A program made the translations under genes and the position numbers. Of a stretch of 64,000 bases of DNA, positions 60,255 to 64,000 are shown piece after piece (positions within the stretch are counted from its first letter, which is position 1; every line of letters begins with the position of its first letter). Under the pieces are notes generated by a model that saw only the letters and a list, made by a program, of their open reading frames with translations, had not been told where the DNA came from and did not search any database. The DNA comes from Mayamaea pseudoterrestris (lineage: Eukaryota), in assembly GCA_027923505.1 (NCBI GenBank), contig BROI01000015.1, positions 248,001 to 312,000 on the forward strand. Reading direction: 5' to 3'.

Positions 60255-61448
60255 CTAGTTTTCATCGTCGTCCGAGAAGTCATCCAACGAAACACAAAGC
60301 GACGTGCGATCATGAATCGTGTTCTTGAAACCACACACTTCATTATCTGGGGGGATACTTTTTGAAAAGTTTATCAGTGTCGACTTTTCGCCATCAACTG
60401 ACTGAGAGCCGCACTTCGAATGGTCGTCGAGACGACTCGTTAAGCCGGTTTTTGAGGATGTGTCGAAGAAAGCAGTATTACCATATACACGGCTTCGCTC
60501 TGCGACTGTTGGAGGCGCATCCTTTAAATGAGACTGGTTGCAATTGACCGGCGGCTTTGAGTTCATGTTGGTCGTTAGTTTTGGGGATGTACATTTGTTT
60601 AATGGAACAAAGTGTTCCTCCTTCGTTCGACGGCTTGCAGCGATATTCGTACCGGTGGGGTCCTGTCGAAAGGTATCAACGTCATCATAGCTCTTGTCGT
60701 GTGAACAAGTTGGATGCATGAACGATACCGGCTTGCGACGCGGTTTGCAGTCCTCAAAAACCTCTCGCTTTGACGACAATGGGGCACACTCTGTGCTGCC
60801 GCCACTGCACGACCTACCGCGGCATCCCGTTCTCGGCCGTCTGCGGGACACTGTCTGGGATTGAGAGATTGTAGCTCTTCCAATGCGCGAAGAGGTATCG
60901 TCCACGTGCGATGAGCTTCGCGATGATCTTTTCTGGCGACTGGCTCGCGTCTTGATAACTTTTTCATCGGTGCCAGCCGCATCATTCTCGCGACCATGGG
61001 GGAATACGGAATGACCGATCGCATCGTCACCGCATTCAACGATCTCACTCTCATTCGTGTTCTTCCTTTCGACACAGTCTTTAGCGTGAAATGGGCTTCC
61101 CTGTGTTTCAAGACCAGCTGCGTCTTGCAGACGACGGCATTCTCGTCGCATGCTCGCTAGCTGTTTCATTAAATGAGCCTTTTCTCGCTTGCGCGCATCT
61201 ACTTTCTTCTTCAATAAATCAGTTTCTTCTAATAAATCATTTCTGTGCTTCCTTTGCTGTAACTGAATCATCAGAGAACTAAGTTCAGCTTCAAGTGACT
61301 GCTTCATCTCGCGACTGTCGTCTCGTTTTGTTCTAGCCTGCAGCAAGTCTTGCGCAAGCTGCTGAAGCTCTTCTAGCAACGCTTTGGCATAACCATCATC
61401 GTCTAGTGTTTCCTTGACTTCTTCTGTATCTTTTTGAATTCTGCGCAT
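60255..61448 (-). CDS. Hypothetical coiled-coil protein
   Basis: 397-aa ORF with N-terminal heptads. May have an upstream exon. Confidence 0.65.
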   Translation of the reverse strand: MRRIQKDTEEVKETLDDDGYAKALLEELQQLAQDLLQARTKRDDSREMKQSLEAELSSLMIQLQQRKHRNDLLEETDLLKKKVDARKREKAHLMKQLASMRRECRRLQDAAGLETQGSPFHAKDCVERKNTNESEIVECGDDAIGHSVFPHGRENDAAGTDEKVIKTRASRQKRSSRSSSHVDDTSSRIGRATISQSQTVSRRRPRTGCRGRSCSGGSTECAPLSSKREVFEDCKPRRKPVSFMHPTCSHDKSYDDVDTFRQDPTGTNIAASRRTKEEHFVPLNKCTSPKLTTNMNSKPPVNCNQSHLKDAPPTVAERSRVYGNTAFFDTSSKTGLTSRLDDHSKCGSQSVDGEKSTLINFSKSIPPDNEVCGFKNTIHDRTSLCVSLDDFSDDDEN

Positions 61449-62328
61449 GATGGCAAAGGACTAGCAAGTGGAGCGTCCTTCCTGTGACGAGGAGCGCCGC
61501 TGTCATACGACGTTGTGATGTATCGTTTGCTAAAGTAACTCCAATGAAAAGTCTAGCTGAAGAAAGCAACAGAGTCCTTTAATCTTTTATACACTAGAGT
61601 ATATGGGAAAGTGTCGGGGAACAGCATCTGTGGAACCAAGACCAACAAGTAGACTCTGCGACAGAAATTTCGGACCGTCACGGCTGTCGCAATTGGTTGC
61701 GGAGCGACATGATTAAGTACCGCAACTAATCTACCGATAAGGGTGTATCAATTATGATACCAGCCAATTTGCTTCATCTTTATAATGAGTAGCAATAACT
61801 TGCTGGGCAATATTTTTGTAAAATGTTGGTGCATGGAATCTAAGAGCGCAGGTTGTTTGTTAAGATACATACAGTAGAAAAATTGCATAGGTAGTGCACA
61901 TGAACAACTTCAAGCTGATTAAACTGCATTGACACTGCCTTTTGAGTCAGCACAGCATTCTTATATATCTGGAAGGAAGGACTTGCACATCAGCAGTGAT
62001 GCAAATGCGTCCAACAATGGCGTCATTTATGATCCCGATTGTGCATTGATCCCACTCGGGCCTCAACTTCAATGCAAGAGCGAGTTTCACGTTCTTGCTG
62101 TATTGATCAGCCAATAACATTGATTGACTAATAGGTTGCCTTCGCAACATTTCTGTAAACTACAAGCTCTTCGTTAAGCCTGGTATCGGAGAATTGGATT
62201 TGTCTACAGCCCTTCGCAGTCGATATGTAAGACGGAAACTTATTGGTCCTTTCGGAGTCGGTCGATGAGATTAACGCACAAAAATCAACCGAAAGCACGA
62301 GTAAGCATCCAGCGACAGCCACATCAAA

Positions 62329-63087
62329 ATGGGTTTATCATCAGTTCAAAACTCTCCTTCGAGATCCAAGCAGTTTGAATTTGGTGCAAGTCTGACCTCG
62401 CTCACAAGCGCAAATAGCCCCATGCCAATCATGCCTCGGCAGACGGTGCAGGCGCCGGTGGAAATTATGGGTTTGGAGCTGTTTCTTGGAGAGGCCGAAG
62501 ATGATAGTGATTGCGATCCAGACTCGGGCAGCGAGAGTTCGTCCGACTATGACTCGTACGCTCCAGATTCTGTCGACCTCATGAAGCGAGCGCGAGGAGT
62601 CAGCAGTAGGAAGAAGGAGGAACGTGACGAAGAAATGAATAAAGTGATCAACTCTGCCACTCAAGAGCCTTTGACTCGCTCTCGAGTTTTGCGTCGCGAT
62701 TCTATCGATGATGACAGCCTGTACTCTTCGTTTGCCAATGACTCGCTGGATCTCCACCATCAGCGAACCGCAACGCTTGCTCATGACGAGGACGACATTT
62801 CGGACAGCAATAGCAGCGAGTATGAAGACGATTTGGAGGACAGTCTACACTATGGATTCAAGAATCATCGTCTTTCCAAAAGCGACAGTGCGGACGTGTC
62901 GGTGCTCGATAAAGCTCCCCGACGCAACTCGGTGCAATCGGGCAGCGACTACCATCCTTCCAAGGCCATGTACGACGACAAGATGAAGCGACGATCGTCC
63001 ATGGACAATGGTAACATGGTTGTCTTTTCGCCAGATGTTATGATTACTCAACACATTAACAACGGCGGAGCCAACGCGGCGGCGTAA
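62329..63087 (+). CDS. Hypothetical Asp/Ser-rich protein
   Basis: 252-aa ATG ORF with RRDS, RRNS and RRSS motifs. Confidence 0.6.
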   Translation: MGLSSVQNSPSRSKQFEFGASLTSLTSANSPMPIMPRQTVQAPVEIMGLELFLGEAEDDSDCDPDSGSESSSDYDSYAPDSVDLMKRARGVSSRKKEERDEEMNKVINSATQEPLTRSRVLRRDSIDDDSLYSSFANDSLDLHHQRTATLAHDEDDISDSNSSEYEDDLEDSLHYGFKNHRLSKSDSADVSVLDKAPRRNSVQSGSDYHPSKAMYDDKMKRRSSMDNGNMVVFSPDVMITQHINNGGANAAA

Positions 63088-63374
63088 TTGAGAAGCAAGA
63101 AGCAACGAGACGAGAACAACGCACATATCAAATGATGGTTTGCACGATCGCACGATTGACATTTGACAGCATGGAAAGAAACAGCAGCAGCTGCAGCTAC
63201 CGGTACCTACTGGGGTGAGCGTATATAAGTTGATAGTGTTGATAGTCATGTCTAGTGTAATAAACTCCTTACTTTGTTTGTACTTGTAATTGATGTTTCT
63301 CTGCCATCGAAGGAAGAAGCAGCAACAGTTGCGCCGTCACATCCTCATTTTGGCGCTTCGGGCATATATATGGA

Positions 63375-63666
63375 TGACGCAGTTTTCACTGGCACTCGTT
63401 TCTTGTTATAGCCTCATGACGCTGTTTTCACTGGCACTCGTTTTATAGTATAGCCTTTTGGCGCAGTTTTCACTGGCACTCGTTTCGCAATATTGCCTCA
63501 TGACGCTGTTTTCACTGGCACTCGTTTCACAAAAAGATTGGTGACGTAGTTTTCACTGGCACTCGTTTCATACTATTGCCTTGTGACGTAGTTTTCACTG
63601 GCACTCGTTTCATACTATTGCCTTATGACGCAGTTTTCACTGGCACTCGTTTCATACTATTGCCTT
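63375..63666. repeat. 42-bp minisatellite, locus 3 (~7 units, reverse orientation)
   Basis: Unit TGACGxAGTTTTCACTGGCACTCGTTTCATACTATTGCCTTx, the reverse complement of the locus 2 unit. Confidence 0.95.
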
Positions 63667-63797
63667 TGCACTACGACAACGTGGGACGAGGTTTCTTCCA
63701 CGGACCATTAGCTTGGATAAAGCAAGCAACGAACGAATCTGGACGAGACAGTTGTCAATCTACAGAAATCAAAGTCGTACAGACGACGATTATAAAC

Positions 63798-64000
63798 ATG
63801 GAAGACGAAGAACAGCTAAAATTGCCTCACTTGGTCGCTCAGGAGAGTAGCTTTTCAGGAGCAAACAACAATGATCTTGTCCCGCTTCCAGAGGACGAAG
63901 CGCTCGAGCCACCTCCACTGACAGAGCGAATCTCTGTATGTCAGGAGTTTCTTCCTGAAGCGGCATCTAAAGAAACAATTTCATCGTCTTCGACGTTAAT
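63798..64000 (+). CDS. 5' part of an unidentified CDS running off the window
   Basis: ATG GAA GAC GAA GAA... is open to the window end. Confidence 0.45.
   Translation, partial: MEDEEQLKLPHLVAQESSFSGANNNDLVPLPEDEALEPPPLTERISVCQEFLPEAASKETISSSSTL

Noticed and set aside
63375..63666. CRISPR array (constant core plus variable parts); also considered for 14718-14937 and 19949-20133
   Set aside because: The variable parts are mostly homologous to each other, the context is eukaryotic and no cas genes are seen.

Overview
Eukaryotic, gene-dense DNA with short GT-AG introns, most likely from a pennate diatom. This is inferred from CoDi-type Ty1/copia sequence, signal peptides followed by F/Y (like bipartite plastid presequences) and a nuclear DUF1823 gene. 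Positions 818 to ~12.2 kb hold four same-orientation (minus strand), head-to-tail, 5'-truncated copies of one Ty1/copia element. Each copy keeps only its 3' LTR (~401-403 bp), and each LTR terminus is joined precisely to the interior of the next fragment. The leftmost LTR abuts a different, older copia fragment, and the right end of the array runs into an intron of a frameshifted, truncated ABCF gene. The rest of the window holds host genes: an X-family DNA polymerase with FHA-like and BRCT-like regions, CDPK, SmE, an alpha/beta hydrolase, an LRR-pseudokinase, Rab8, an ARM protein, DUF1823, MCM7, Tipin/Csm3, a head-to-head SGNH-like pair, a head-to-head MORN pair and several low-complexity orphans. 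Non-coding structure includes a 42-bp minisatellite family at three promoter-proximal loci, a ~176-bp satellite nested inside a ~165-bp satellite between MCM7 and Tipin, and a recurrent TACCGGTA palindrome. All calls come from reading the sequence; no searches were run. The high indel density from ~7 to 13.8 kb may be consensus error.
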